Of a stretch of 64,000 bases of DNA, positions 21,632 through 33,235 are shown one piece after another. Within the stretch, counting starts at the first letter, position 1. Every line of letters starts with the position of its first letter. The notes below the pieces were generated by a model. That model was given only the letters and a program-made list of their open reading frames with translations. It had not been told where the DNA came from and did not search any database. The stretch spans positions 1 to 64,000 of the forward strand of contig CAVSJV010000007.1 of the NCBI GenBank assembly GCA_963728405.1, read 5' to 3'. Source of the DNA: Methanomassiliicoccaceae archaeon. GTDB taxonomy: Archaea; Thermoplasmatota; Thermoplasmata; Methanomassiliicoccales; Methanomassiliicoccaceae. A program made the position numbers and the translations under genes.

Positions 21632-24600
21632 TCACCCGACAATCATTTGATTCGTCTTTTTAAGGTATCTTGCGGGTATGGGCTGGTGCAACTTCCAGGT
21701 TATGCTCATCGGGTGACTTCCTTCATGTTGAGTATAATCGGCGGTGCCGAGGAAGGTATATCCCTCGGTATTACCAAAAACATCTTTTCTTCTCTCTCGA
21801 ACGAATAGCAATATTTGGTGCCCCATCTTTTGATGATTGATGTACCGTTGACCCGTTGGGGAGTCAGTAGAGGTGGTACTCTGGCTCTGCCAGTGGAAGA
21901 GCAACTCGTTAATGGAGTAATCGTTGTACATTGTCGTCGGTGAGTAGTCCTTATCGGACTTGTTCAGTGTCACAAAAAGGACATCAGCTTTCTTGTCTGG
22001 CAGATACTTGACACCCTCACGCACTGTCGATGGCTTTAGGAAATCCATCGACACCATGATTTGGTCCCTGGAGTAGGTACAATACAGATCTAGTGGGCAA
22101 TCGAAGTTGAGATCGTTTCTTCCATCAATAAAATCGATGCGGCCGAGCTGATGGCGCAAGAAGTCTTGAAACTCGCCATACAGGTGGGTGTTGCGTTTTA
22201 ACTGTTGCAAACCGTCGACCGTGCTCGTAAATCCACACTCTGCGGTGGATTTCTGCCATATGGTGAACTGCAACATCTGCAGCATTCTTCGCTCTGTTGC
22301 ATTGAGGGCTTCCTCGTGGACATTGTCGATGGCTGGGAGTAAACGAAGTAGGAAGCTGATCCACCGTCGCGAATCAATGAAACTGAGGCGTTGGAATGCC
22401 TTTGTCAATAGATCCTCATCCGGCTCTGAGAACTCAGATCTAACCTTGGCCTGGGCGCAGAGTCTCGAAAAGCTACTGTAGGCATAGATGCTACGAATGT
22501 CTAGGTGATAGTGGGTCAGGAAGTTGGACAGAGTAAGGGGCAACCCGCTATCGTCTTCAAATGACGCTATCCTTGAGATAACTCCAGATCGGATACCGAG
22601 TGCATTGCGTATGTTCTCGTAAATGATCTCTTTTGTTTTACGTTCTAGCTGGATGTAGCAGCCCTTGGGGAGTGACACAAAGCCATTCTTGATCTCTCCC
22701 TCCACACTCTTCGCCGAACTGTTCAGTAGTGCTGCAAATTTCTCCTCAAATCGATATCGCTTATTGACCTGACCGATAAAGTCGAGCACGGTTAGGCATT
22801 CCTTCCCATCGGCCAGCCTCAATCCTCTTCCGAGCTGCTGTAAAAATATCGTTAAACTCTCCGTTGGGCGAAGGAATAGGACTGTATTGACCTCTGGTAT
22901 ATCCACGCCCTCGTTGTAGATGTCCACGACAAAAATAAATTTGACATCCCCACTCAACAGTCGCCGTTTCGCAGTATCTCGTTCCTCATCGGTTGAATCG
23001 GACGTCAAGCTGATGGATGGGGTGCCCCAGACGTTGAAGTGCTCAGCCATGAATTTTGCGTGCTCGACAGATACACAGAACCCTAGCCCTCTGATGTCAT
23101 TGATATCTGTGACATACTTATCAATGGACCTAATGATCATGTCGGCACGTCGCTCCGCCACGAGGCGGTTCAACATATAGACATTAGATAGCTCCGTTTT
23201 ATCATAGCCACCTCGAGTCCACTTGACCTCCGATAGGTCAACGGTGTCCGTGACTCCAAAATATTGAAAAGGACACAGCAACTTCCGGTCAATCGCCTCA
23301 GGTAACCGCACATCGGCAGCAATACGATCATCGAAGTAAGGCAAAATACTCTTGCCATCCATACATTCGGGCGTAGCGGTCAAGCCGAGCATTATTTTAG
23401 GTTTGTAATGTTCTAGCAATCTTTGATATGTAGGCGCCGCCGCATGATGAAACTCGTCCACGATGATGAAATCGAAATAATCGGAAGAGGTCTTCTCATC
23501 GAAACACTGGGACTGGAATGTCTGAATCGATACGAATAAATGGTCCAACTTATTGGGGCGGAAATTGCCGACAAATAGGTCGCCGAAGTTTTGGTCTTTG
23601 AGCACCCCCCGAAAACAGGCAATGCTCTGTTTTAGAATCTCTTCCCGATGAGCAACGAAGAGTAGTCTATTCGGCTTGCCAACATTGGCTCGGCAGAAGC
23701 GCTTGTAGTCAAAGGCGGAGACAACTGTTTTCCCCGTCCCAGTCGCCGCCACAACTAGATTTTTATAAGATCCCTGTATGGCGCGTTCCGCCAAAAGCTT
23801 ATCCAGTATCTCCTGCTGGAAGGGATATGGAGTGATGTCAAACAGCATTGGCGATAACTTCCCACCACTCAAGCGCTCGGCTTTCAGTGCACAACCCAAC
23901 CGGTCGATTCCCATATCATCGAGCTTTTCAAATTCGCTGGAATTCCAATAGCTCTCGAATGTTGCGTTGACTTTGCGCATCGTATCGGGCAAATCCTGCG
24001 CCGTGACCTTCACATTCCACTCCAAGCCGCTAGAGATGGCTGCATTCGATAGATTAGACGATCCGATATATGCCGTACTAAAACCTGTTTCTCGGGAAAA
24101 CACGTATGTCTTTGCATGCAACCTGGTGCGTTTGGTATCATATGATACCTTGATTTCAGTATTAGTAAGGCGAAATAACCACTCGACGGCTTTCACATCC
24201 GTCGCGCCCATGTAAGAAGTTGTAATAACTCGCAAATGACCGCCACGCTGGGTGAACTCCGTCAGCTCATCCATGAGGAGCCGCAAACCACTCCATTTAA
24301 TGAAAGAGACGAGCATATCGATTCGGTCGGATGATGCGATCTCTTTTCTCAATTCCGTTACCATACTCGGCTCGTGCACCGCACCCGTGAACAACGAACT
24401 CTGCGATATCGACGTTTCTGGTCGTGGGACCCCAGCCTTCTCGTTGAACTGGTAAATGATGTTTTTCTTTTCGATTAGTGCCAACAACTGCTCCGCTTTT
24501 GGATCTATGGACAAACCCTCAAAATGGACTTCACAGGTTGCTTTCACGATAGTGTTGACAATATCATTAACGAGCCTAACCTGTTCGCCTAGGTCCCCTT

Positions 24601-24775
24601 CGAAACCGTTGGATGAAAGCCCTTTCTCCAATACTGATGCAAGGTAGCTGGAAAGTATCTTGGGTGCTTCAGTGTGGTCAATTGCGCTGGTAAACGGCTG
24701 CAAGTCTGGTTCGTTAGCAATCGCGTCCGCAAGGTCCTTGTTAATGACCTGTTCATAAATGCCGGCCTTTACCAT
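21632..24775 (-). CDS. PLD nuclease - SF2 helicase - DUF3427 protein (SauUSI-like type IV restriction enzyme)
   Basis: RLHAKTY..YIGSSNLS..GLEWN (PLD), ATGTGKT, VDEFHH, GLTATPE, EGVDIP, QQLGRGLR, and C-terminal YSPTTMYNDY..FHWQSQS. The ORF is intact at 1047 aa. Confidence 0.9.
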   Translation of the reverse strand: MVKAGIYEQVINKDLADAIANEPDLQPFTSAIDHTEAPKILSSYLASVLEKGLSSNGFEGDLGEQVRLVNDIVNTIVKATCEVHFEGLSIDPKAEQLLALIEKKNIIYQFNEKAGVPRPETSISQSSLFTGAVHEPSMVTELRKEIASSDRIDMLVSFIKWSGLRLLMDELTEFTQRGGHLRVITTSYMGATDVKAVEWLFRLTNTEIKVSYDTKRTRLHAKTYVFSRETGFSTAYIGSSNLSNAAISSGLEWNVKVTAQDLPDTMRKVNATFESYWNSSEFEKLDDMGIDRLGCALKAERLSGGKLSPMLFDITPYPFQQEILDKLLAERAIQGSYKNLVVAATGTGKTVVSAFDYKRFCRANVGKPNRLLFVAHREEILKQSIACFRGVLKDQNFGDLFVGNFRPNKLDHLFVSIQTFQSQCFDEKTSSDYFDFIIVDEFHHAAAPTYQRLLEHYKPKIMLGLTATPECMDGKSILPYFDDRIAADVRLPEAIDRKLLCPFQYFGVTDTVDLSEVKWTRGGYDKTELSNVYMLNRLVAERRADMIIRSIDKYVTDINDIRGLGFCVSVEHAKFMAEHFNVWGTPSISLTSDSTDEERDTAKRRLLSGDVKFIFVVDIYNEGVDIPEVNTVLFLRPTESLTIFLQQLGRGLRLADGKECLTVLDFIGQVNKRYRFEEKFAALLNSSAKSVEGEIKNGFVSLPKGCYIQLERKTKEIIYENIRNALGIRSGVISRIASFEDDSGLPLTLSNFLTHYHLDIRSIYAYSSFSRLCAQAKVRSEFSEPDEDLLTKAFQRLSFIDSRRWISFLLRLLPAIDNVHEEALNATERRMLQMLQFTIWQKSTAECGFTSTVDGLQQLKRNTHLYGEFQDFLRHQLGRIDFIDGRNDLNFDCPLDLYCTYSRDQIMVSMDFLKPSTVREGVKYLPDKKADVLFVTLNKSDKDYSPTTMYNDYSINELLFHWQSQSTTSTDSPTGQRYINHQKMGHQILLFVRERRKDVFGNTEGYTFLGTADYTQHEGSHPMSITWKLHQPIPARYLKKTNQMIVG

Positions 24776-24990
24776 TCTAAGCAGCTTCCAGCAGTATGCT
24801 TTCTTTTGTATTGATAACTGCGTGCCAAATCCGAATCCACGAACAATTAAAATGAGGATTCAGCCCATTCCATCCATGACGAAATTCCCTCATGCCAAGT
24901 CGAAGATCTTCGTACTAATCTTTCCCCATATCGTCTATTACCATTCGCTCCGACATTATTTTATCGTAATGGCCTCATTAAAAAATCGAA

Positions 24991-25575
24991 ATGTCGTTGT
25001 TCGGCTCAAAAATAAAGGGTACTTGCGCTCTTTGTAACGCACCCATCCACGAAAAAGAGATGATTACGGGGTGCTCCCTTTGCGGGACGACGGTCCACTA
25101 CAGTTGCGCCGCCAAGACCTGCACGGGATACAATCCGACCCAGCTAAGCTGGTTCATGAAGACCTATCGGCTGAACACGATTCTTATTCAGGGACACCAT
25201 CATTATTCGTTCTGTCCGCGATGTCAGCACATTACTGAGGGATCAGTTCCTTCCACCTATGATCCAGAGATTGGAGCTGACCGCCCGATATGATGAACTA
25301 GCCCAGCTGAACGAGGATTTCGGCTATCTGGCCGAAGCAGGGGACGTAAGGAACCGCAAGAACCGGCAGGTTGTGAAGAACGTCAATGTAGATATGAACA
25401 CATTGATCGACCAGATGAAGAGCGGAAATCTGAGCATACCTTACAAATGCTCCAACTGTGGGGCAGCGTTAACGGTCTCCAGTGGCCTGGACGAGAATGG
25501 GGTGAAGTATTCTATTGTGGCACTGCTATCAACACTGAGGCTATATTGGCCGTCATCCAGCAAGCATTGAGGTGA
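24991..25575 (+). CDS. Cys/His-rich zinc-binding protein (frameshifted)
   Basis: CALC..CSLC..HYSC..FCPRC in ORF 24991..25293, then YKCSNCGA in ORF 25259..25570 and a final YCGT; the joined frame ends at TGA 25575. Confidence 0.7.
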
Positions 25576-25623
25576 GTCGGTCTGCTCAACATATCCTCAT
25601 TATAATTTGCCCGAGATACTCTC

Positions 25624-28600
25624 TCACCGTCCCGCCCCCTCCGGCATGGCCACCACCGGCAGCATGACCACGAACTTCGCTCCCTTGGTGGGATCGCCGG
25701 CCACCCGGTCCTCCACCCACACCCGGCCCTGGAAATCCTCCACCAGGCTCCTGACCAGGTACAGCCCCAACCCGGAACCGCTGGCGCGGGTCTTCCCCCG
25801 CTGCAGCCGCGAGAAGATCTTCTTCTTCATCTCGTCCGGCACCCCCGGCCCGTCGTCCTCCACCGCTACCAGGTAGTACTCGCGACCCTCCTCGAAGATC
25901 TTGCCGATGCCGACGTCGATCGTCACCGGCCCGCCGGAGTGCTTGATGGCGTTGCCGATCAGGTTGGTGAACACATCGGACAACAGCTCCGATGCCAGCA
26001 CCATGCGCTGCAGCTGCGGCCGGTAGTTGATCTTCACATCCTTCCCCGGGTACTCCTTGAACGACTGCACCACGTCCTCGATGGTCCACCCCAGGTCGAC
26101 CAGCCCCCGCCGCGAGTCGGCCGCCTCCACGATCTGGATCTTCTTCACCTTCTCGATCAGGTCGGAGATATCGTCCAGCGCGCTCTGGCTCTTCGCCAGC
26201 CGCGACCGGCCCTTCTCGCCCAATCCGGCCTCGTCCACCACCAGCTGCAGGAAGCCCTGGGCCGCCGTGTTCATGTTGTTGATGTCGTGCGTCAATAGGT
26301 CGATGTACAGCTCTGCCCGCTCCTTGGCGGCGATGGCCTCGTGCTCCAGCTCCCGCTGCTTGGTGATGTCCTCGGTGACCACCACCCCGCCGATGACCCT
26401 GCCCCGGCTCCTGCAGCGGCGCCGCCGAGTTGATCACCGTGCCCCGGCTGCCGTCCACCCGCTGGATGTCGATGAGATCGCCGACGATGGTCCGGTTCTC
26501 CCGCATCGCACGGGCCACGGTCCAATCCTCCGCCTTCAGCGGCAGGCCCGTATCCGCCCACCAGCCGGTCAGCGTGCCGTACTCTTTGACGCTCTCGGGC
26601 ATGTGCTTGACCACCGGGCCCCCATATCATATGCGCTCTGGCGTTGTTCTCCATCACCTGGCCAGACTCATCGACGATCACCACACCGACCGGTAGAGTG
26701 TCCAGGATCGTGCGCAGCCGTTGCCGTTCGTCCTCCTTGCGCGCCGCCAGCTCCTCGATTTGCCTGCGGGCCTCCACCCGCTCGGTGACGTCCATGAACG
26801 TGGTCACATAGGCCCGCTGCCCGTTGTAGTCCATGGCCCGGGCCTGGATCTGCACCGTCCGCACCTCTCCGCTCTTGGTGATGAGGCGGGCCTCGTAGGC
26901 TTCCACCCGCGATCGCCGGAAGACCTCCTTTATCACCTCTTGGGAATCGGGGGTGAAGAACTCCAGTATCGGCCGCCCGATCGCCTCCTCGCGGGTGTAC
27001 CCGGTCTGCTCCAGGGCCGCCAGGTTCACATCAAAGATGACACCGTCGGCATGGACCACTATTCCCTCGAAGGTCGCCTCCGATAGGGTGCGGTATCGTT
27101 CTTCGCTGGCTCGCAGCTCCTCCTCCACCCGCTTGCGCTCGGTGATATCTTCGTAGGTGCCCAAGATGCCGAAGATCTGGCCCTCCGGATCGCGCAATGG
27201 CACCTTGGAGGTCTGCAGCCACCGCGTGCTGCCATCGCTCTGGACCTGTATCTCCTCGAAGTTGATCTTCGGTCTGCCGCTCTCGATGACCTGACGATCG
27301 TCCCTCTGGTAGCAGGCGGCCGACTCCCGCCAGGCCAGCTCGTGGTCGTTCTTGCCGATGATCTCCTTGGGATCGGAGAGCCCGGCGTCCCGGGCGGCGG
27401 TCCGGTTCGCACCCAGGAAGTTCAGCTCCCGGTCCTTCCAGAACACCCGGTCCGGCACATTGTCCAGGACCAGCTGGAGCATTTGTTGGGAGCTCTGCAA
27501 TGCCATCTCGGCCCTCTTGCGCTCGGTGATGTCGGTGAAGAAGCCGAGGAGGGCCGGACCATCAGCGAGGAGGACCCGAGTCACCGCGGCGATAAAGGGG
27601 AATTCGGTCCCGTCCTTGCGCAGCCCCATCGTCTCCAGCTCCGCCTTCATCGCCTCGCCTCGATCGTGTGCCAGCGCGAACTCCAGGGTCCGCTCGCGAT
27701 GGCTGGGGGCGATCCTATCGGTCAGTAGATGCCCGATCATCTCATCCATTCGCTCGTAACCGAACATCTTCACGTAGCCAGGGTTCCCATAGATCTCCAG
27801 CCCGTTCCTGGACATGGCTATGGCCACTGGGGCTTCCTCGATGAGGGAGCGGAATCGCTCCTCGCTCCGGCGCAGCTCATCCACATAGCACTTGCTCTCG
27901 GTGATGTCCGTCAAGAACACCACCGTGGCCGGTCCGTCCACCAAGTTGATGCGGACGGCGCTGCCATGAACATGGAACTGTGACCCATCCTTCCGCAGGC
28001 CTACGGTCTCAAACTCGGTCTCCGCCGGTAAGCCTTGTTCACGGTGGAATGCCCGCCCCTCAACCTCTTCTCGGCATGATGGTGCGACCGTTTCAATTAT
28101 GGAGCGACCCTTCATTTCTTGAGCATCATCATAACCGAACATCTTCGCGTAGGCAGGATTGACGTACTCCAATCGGACATCGTGGTTCATCCCTATCGCT
28201 ACCGGTGCCTGCTCGATCAGTGAACGGAAGCGCTCCTCGCTCTGCCGGAGGGCTTCCTCCGCCCTTCTGCGGGCGGTGACATCGCTGACCAGGGCCAGGG
28301 CGCCGGCGGAATGGTTTTGGTCATCCAAGAACGGCGACGTGGAAAGGCGGGTGTAGATCTTCGTTCCGTCCTTCCGCAGGAACTCGAAATCGTGGACCTC
28401 GTTCAATCCCGATTCTCGTCGAGCGATGAGCTGGTTGAGCGCCGCTCTACCGATCTCGTCCATGAATGAAACGAGGGGTCGCCCCATCATCTCCTCGGGG
28501 GAATAGCCGAGCATCTTGGCCATGCTCTGGTTAACGAAGCTAGTGTTCCACCCTTGGTCGACCGCCCATATCCCTTCCAGGGCGCTATCGACCAGCTGGC

Positions 28601-29138
28601 GGTACTTGGTCTCGCTCGCCCGGAGGTCGTCCTCCATCCCGATCCGTTCCGTGATGTCCTCTATGGCCCCGTCGATAAACTCGATCGTTCCCTCCGGACC
28701 GCGGACCGCGGTGAACGTCAGAGAGCATACGATGGTGGTGCCGTCCCGACGCCGCATTCTCACCGTCCGACCCTTGACCCTGTACCCTTCCCGTAGCGCT
28801 ACGATCAAAGGCTCCCTTTCCCCCGGGTCGGCGTAAAGGGCCGCCGGGGGCAACGCCAAGATCTCCGAAACGTCATCATAGCCGAAGATACGGGCCATCG
28901 CCGGGTTGGCCCGTACTATCGAGCTGCTACAATCGAAAGGTGTTCGGTATATCCCGATGTCGATGTTGTTCACCAGGGTGTGGTACTTCTCCTCGCTGGC
29001 CTGCAGTTCAGCATTAGCCCTCTCTAAGTTGGCGACCTGTTCCTGCAGTATGAGGCATTCATCGCTCTTTCGGGACACCTCCTCGTCCCTATGCCAAGCT
29101 CTCATGCAAGCCTCCGAAGCAATTCCAGGTCCTCGCAT
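25624..29138 (-). CDS. Multi-PAS sensor histidine kinase (frameshifts at ~26400-26640)
   Basis: About seven PAS/PAC repeats (SEERFRSLIE..DITERKR) in ORF 26292..29138; kinase core THDINN, FTNLIGNAIKH, EDDGPG and GSGLGL in ORF 25624..26385. Confidence 0.92.
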
Positions 29139-29261
29139 TCAGGTTCATGCACCGAACCGAATGCCATCGGTTCCCGTTCTGTCGGCTTTCCTTGACCGCT
29201 CGGGTCGGTACTTCCATCGAAAATATGGGATCCGAGAGCGGGCCAGGGGCGCTCCGTTCGA

Positions 29262-29322
29262 CCGGATCGATAGCTTCAGCTCCGAAGACGATCTCGGGTA
29301 CGGCGAACTTCCGTATCGGCAT
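29262..29322 (-). pseudogene. N-terminal remnant of an iron-containing alcohol dehydrogenase (ErcA-like)
   Basis: MPIRKFAVPEIVFGAEAI matches the RKF.xPE.xFG.G start of this family; the similarity then stops. Confidence 0.45.
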
Positions 29323-29529
29323 TCCGCCATTGGGTTCGACCAACCCTGTTCCCCCGGAGGCAATATGTGCGCCGGACCTTTTTATAAGCTTTTTAGGAAA
29401 TTATATGGGCACGAGGTAATTTTTCTCGACCTGGGGGCATTATGCTCCGTGATCCATGGGTCGCCCCTGATCTGCGTGAAATGGTCCTCGTACTATGATT
29501 TTTAAGCACATGGTATCAATAATCAATCG

Positions 29530-29874
29530 ATGGTCTATTGTCCTAAATGCGGCCGGCAGAACCCAGATGATGCATTATATTGCAACAACTGTGGCGCTAG
29601 CCTGGCGACGGGCCGAAGAGATGCCAATAAGGAGTGGGAGGACCGCTGTGGTCAGGAATGTTCTGGGCGCGGCCGATCAGGGGCCATATTCTGGGGCATC
29701 ATTGTCGTCCTGATCGGGCTCTGGATCATTTTCGAGTTCGGCATCCGCAACATCTCTGGCCTTCCGTCCTGGGTTTACGACATCAGCTGGGGATGGATAT
29801 TTGGCGTGGTCATCGGGCTGGCGGTGCTGGTGGTGGGGCTGAGAATAATCTTCAGACAATCTAGGCGTCAATAG
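29530..29874 (+). CDS. Zinc-ribbon membrane protein
   Basis: YCPKCG.QNPDDALYCNNCG followed by two TM helices. Confidence 0.85.
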   Translation: MVYCPKCGRQNPDDALYCNNCGASLATGRRDANKEWEDRCGQECSGRGRSGAIFWGIIVVLIGLWIIFEFGIRNISGLPSWVYDISWGWIFGVVIGLAVLVVGLRIIFRQSRRQ

Positions 29875-30574
29875 GACCTGCATGACTGGCCACAGTTGCG
29901 ACAATCTCCGCATGCGTCATGTCCGATATCTGTATCCGTGTATTCAGCCAGAGGAATGATGCCAGGACGGCCAAAAGACCATATGGCGCGCTACCGGTAG
30001 CTTCCGACACTCCGATAGTCACCAGGAGGAAACCGATCACCAGGAGGATGTTCACCAGGATGTGTATCGCCCCTCTCCTGGAGCGGTAGGCCGTCTCGAA
30101 CAGGTCCAGCGCCACCAAGACGAGGCCAGCGAGGATTAGCAGGACCCCGAAGCTAGGAGGGATTCGGTCGGACAGCTTGTGTGAAGAGAGGATATGTCGC
30201 CGGTATGAGCAAGGAAATACCCGAACCAAATGCGAGGCCGAGGCAGCCGCTGCAATACCTCTTGCTTCCAATCAACACGATATGGTCCTGGAACTGGCAG
30301 CAATCTGGATGGTGCCCTACCCGCCGCATCCGTTCACTGCTTCGGGGCCAGGGAGAACATCCGTTATCTATTTCCTCCCCCCTGAGCCTGTTCGGGGTGG
30401 TGCTCTGCACCAGGCCAAAGACACAGCTAGCTATGAACCCGGATGCTCTGATCGGTTGGTCTGTGGAGGACAGTTCGCGTCCCTGCGGCAAGGTGAGCCA
30501 GGAGATGAGGACAAGCATCCCCGCTGTGGCCAGTGAAAGGACGATGTGTGATGCGACGACTTTCTCTGGTTCAA
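29861..30574 (-). CDS. Membrane protein with a His/Cys motif (frameshifted)
   Basis: GHHPDC..F..H......RYCSGCLG in ORF 30153..30518; TM helices in ORF 29861..30271. Confidence 0.55.
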
Positions 30575-31992
30575 ACCATCCGCCTCAGTTTGCCGAGCAC
30601 TCGCTTCCCCGCCAGATGACGATAGCAACGTTTCTTATGCTCATTGCTGGAGAACAATCCGTTCATGATCCTCGTTGGCAAGCCGAAGAAGGACCGGTAG
30701 CAGCGCGAGCTCCTCCTGCGCTTCACCACGGGACAGCGTCTCGGTAGGCATTATGGCACGGGCCATGTCGTAGTGCGCATAGTTCCGGTCCTCGATCCAG
30801 CCGTGGCGCTTCGCCTCCTCGTAGATGTCCGTTCCAGGGTATGGGGTGAGCGCGGTGAAGATGGCCATGTCGGGGTGAAGATCGAGGATGAACTCCGCAG
30901 ATGGTGGATCGATTCGAATGTGTCCCTCCTGGAACCGATGACCATCATGGCCTGGGACAGTATGCTGTTCTGACGAAGGATGTTCATCGCCTGGGCCGCC
31001 TGCTCGACCCCCTCTCCCTTACGGAAATCGCTGAGCACCTGGGGAGAGCCGCTCTCCACGCCGATGAGCTGCCAGTTATTGCCCCGAGCCTGCAACTGCT
31101 CCACGACATCTGGATTTTTGACGATATCATCGCTCCTGGACTGAAAGAACCAGGGCACTGAATCGCTGAAGTCCTGCCGTCTCAGCTCCTGTGCCAGTTC
31201 CATACCTCTCTTCTGTAGCTCGAAGTTATCGTCAGTGAACCAGATGAACTCCGCTCCGAAATTGTCCCTCAGTCCTGCCATCTCCTCGGCGATGCGCCTT
31301 GCCGATTTCGTTCTCCATCTACTATTCCAATGCCGCCATTGCGTGCAGAACGAGCATTTATGCCGGCACCCTCGAGAACCCTCCAGGATAAGGTATCTGG
31401 AGTTACCGGCCATCATCTAAAATGGTACTTGCGGAGGTTCTTTTCCACCAGGTGATAGGCGGGAATGGGGAGACCGTCCAGATCCCCTAGTGGCTCTCGG
31501 GGGGGATTATGGATCACTTTTTCATCGTTCCGGAATGATAGCCCTTTGATGTCCGTAAGACTGCTACCAGACCTTGTCGTCTTGATAAACTCCAATAGTG
31601 TCTGCTCGCCCTCTCCCCTGATCACATGATCGATCTCGGGAAAGGCAAGGAGGGATTCCTCGGCGGTGAAGGAGAAGTGCTGCCCACCCACCACCGTGGC
31701 GATGGTGGGATCGACGGTCTTGGCGATCTCCGCCACCTTGGCGCACACGTAGGCATTGCAGGTGAAACCAGAAGAGGCGACGACGCTCGGAGCGAACGTC
31801 TCGATGCGTTCCTTGACCCCGGTCCAGTCCTTGCCCTCCGCCTGACAGTCCAGGATCTTCGATCTCCACATCCTCTAGCTCCCTCTCCACATAGGCGGCC
31901 AAAGCCAGAAGGCCGGTCGGGGGAGGAAGATATTCTCCCATGAGGAACCAGTAGTCCTTAGGCGGTTCCACGAAGAGCAACTTAGTATCCAT
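30571..31992 (-). CDS. Cobalamin-binding radical SAM protein (several frameshifts)
   Basis: LPPPTGLLALAA, VVGGQHFS..RGEGE, GSRGCRHKCSFC (CxxxCxxC), FTDDNF, GVESG and LTPYPGT spread over four ORFs. Confidence 0.9.
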
Positions 31993-32212
31993 GGTCTTCG
32001 ATCGAAGTGGGAGTCAGAAAGATTAAACCATGACGGCGAAGGATGAGAGAACCGATTTTCAGTTTTCGATCATTAACAGAACGGCCCGGAGTGGTAGTAA
32101 GGGGCCCCGGTCTGTCTCGCACAAGTACGCCCTATCGATCACCATCGATGTGAAAGAGGCCATCTTTGGCCGATCGCAACACATGTCACCCCAGAGGGGG
32201 TCGGTTTGGGTT

Positions 32213-32705
32213 TCAGAGCGGCCAGATATGGTTCTCGTTCAGAACGAGCACGGTGAAGCTGAGCATCAGGGCCACGTAGAAGATGGTGAGGAAGGAGGAC
32301 CGCACCAGGTAGCTCATCTGGCCGGCCCTCCTCGTGCATGTAGTTGTAGCCATGCAGGATGCCCGCCTGAAGGAGATATACCGCGTAGCCAAAGGTGATC
32401 AGGGCGATGGCCTGGATGTTCCAGTTTCCTGCCACGGCGACGAGCGCTGCCACCCCAAATGCCAGGTTGGCGAACCCGACCTCGAACTGCCAGTTGGCGT
32501 TCTCCCCTTTCCATCCCAGGCGTTCGGCGTCAGACTTGTGAAAGATCACATGGCCGATGAAACTTAGAACGCCGACCGCCCCTACCATCACCGTTGCAAT
32601 GACCCGCAACGAAGAATCCACGTTCGGAAGCAAATATATCGCCAAGAATACGGCAACGGCTCCCAGTATCATCCTTCCGATACCGATCGTCCTCGCAACG
32701 TTCAT
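32213..32705 (-). CDS. Small multi-TM membrane protein (DUF6790-like), frameshift at ~32320
   Basis: HVIF..A..LGW....WQFEVGFANLAFG; the shifted frame ends at TGA 32213. Confidence 0.65.
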
Positions 32706-32865
32706 GTGGAAAAATAATGGTTCTTATGTTATAATTGTTTAGATATAGAAATTTAGAAATGATATTCAAACCTTGCCAGATGGTGGATGGATCGGTCCAT
32801 CTGTAGGCCTCTCGCCTCACCGGAGCTTACGAGGGCCCTGTGCCCTGGCCCAAGATAGCGATGGT

Positions 32866-33228
32866 CTAAGGCTTGAGCCCCCTCGCGAACTCCCTCGCGC
32901 GGCCCAGGTCCTTCGCTTTCGGCCTCCCCTTGTTTATCCCGCCGAACAGTTTGGAGGGGCCGTAGGTGTCCCAGCCCTTGCAGGCAAAATCGTCCACCAC
33001 TTGGTATCCCTTCTCCTCTATGACCTTCCTCAGCTCAGCGCGATATCTGGCATTTCCGAACCCACTGGTGGAAATGATGAAGAGTTCTTTCTCGATCAGA
33101 CCATCGCCGACGGTGGGGAGTCGCACCGCTGATGTGATAATCATGGAGGGTGGCTCATCAGCCGCACCGTGTGTTATCCCCACGCGCCCGCCTCCAATCG
33201 CATCAGGATGTTCGTCCTGAAAACCCAT
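32866..33228 (-). pseudogene. Flavodoxin family protein, N-terminus missing or garbled
   Basis: FIISTSG..F.CKGWDTYGP.KLFGGINKGRP..DL..A.EFA C-terminal signature; no FMN phosphate-binding loop upstream. Confidence 0.7.
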
Positions 33229-33235
33229 CGGATCT

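Larger units (their letters stand above)
10100..25580. mobile_element. Lower-GC genomic (defence) island
   Basis: Visibly more AT-rich codon usage than the flanks, four nuclease/helicase genes, and an internal tRNA-3'-end scar. Boundaries are approximate; no integrase in the window. Confidence 0.65.
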
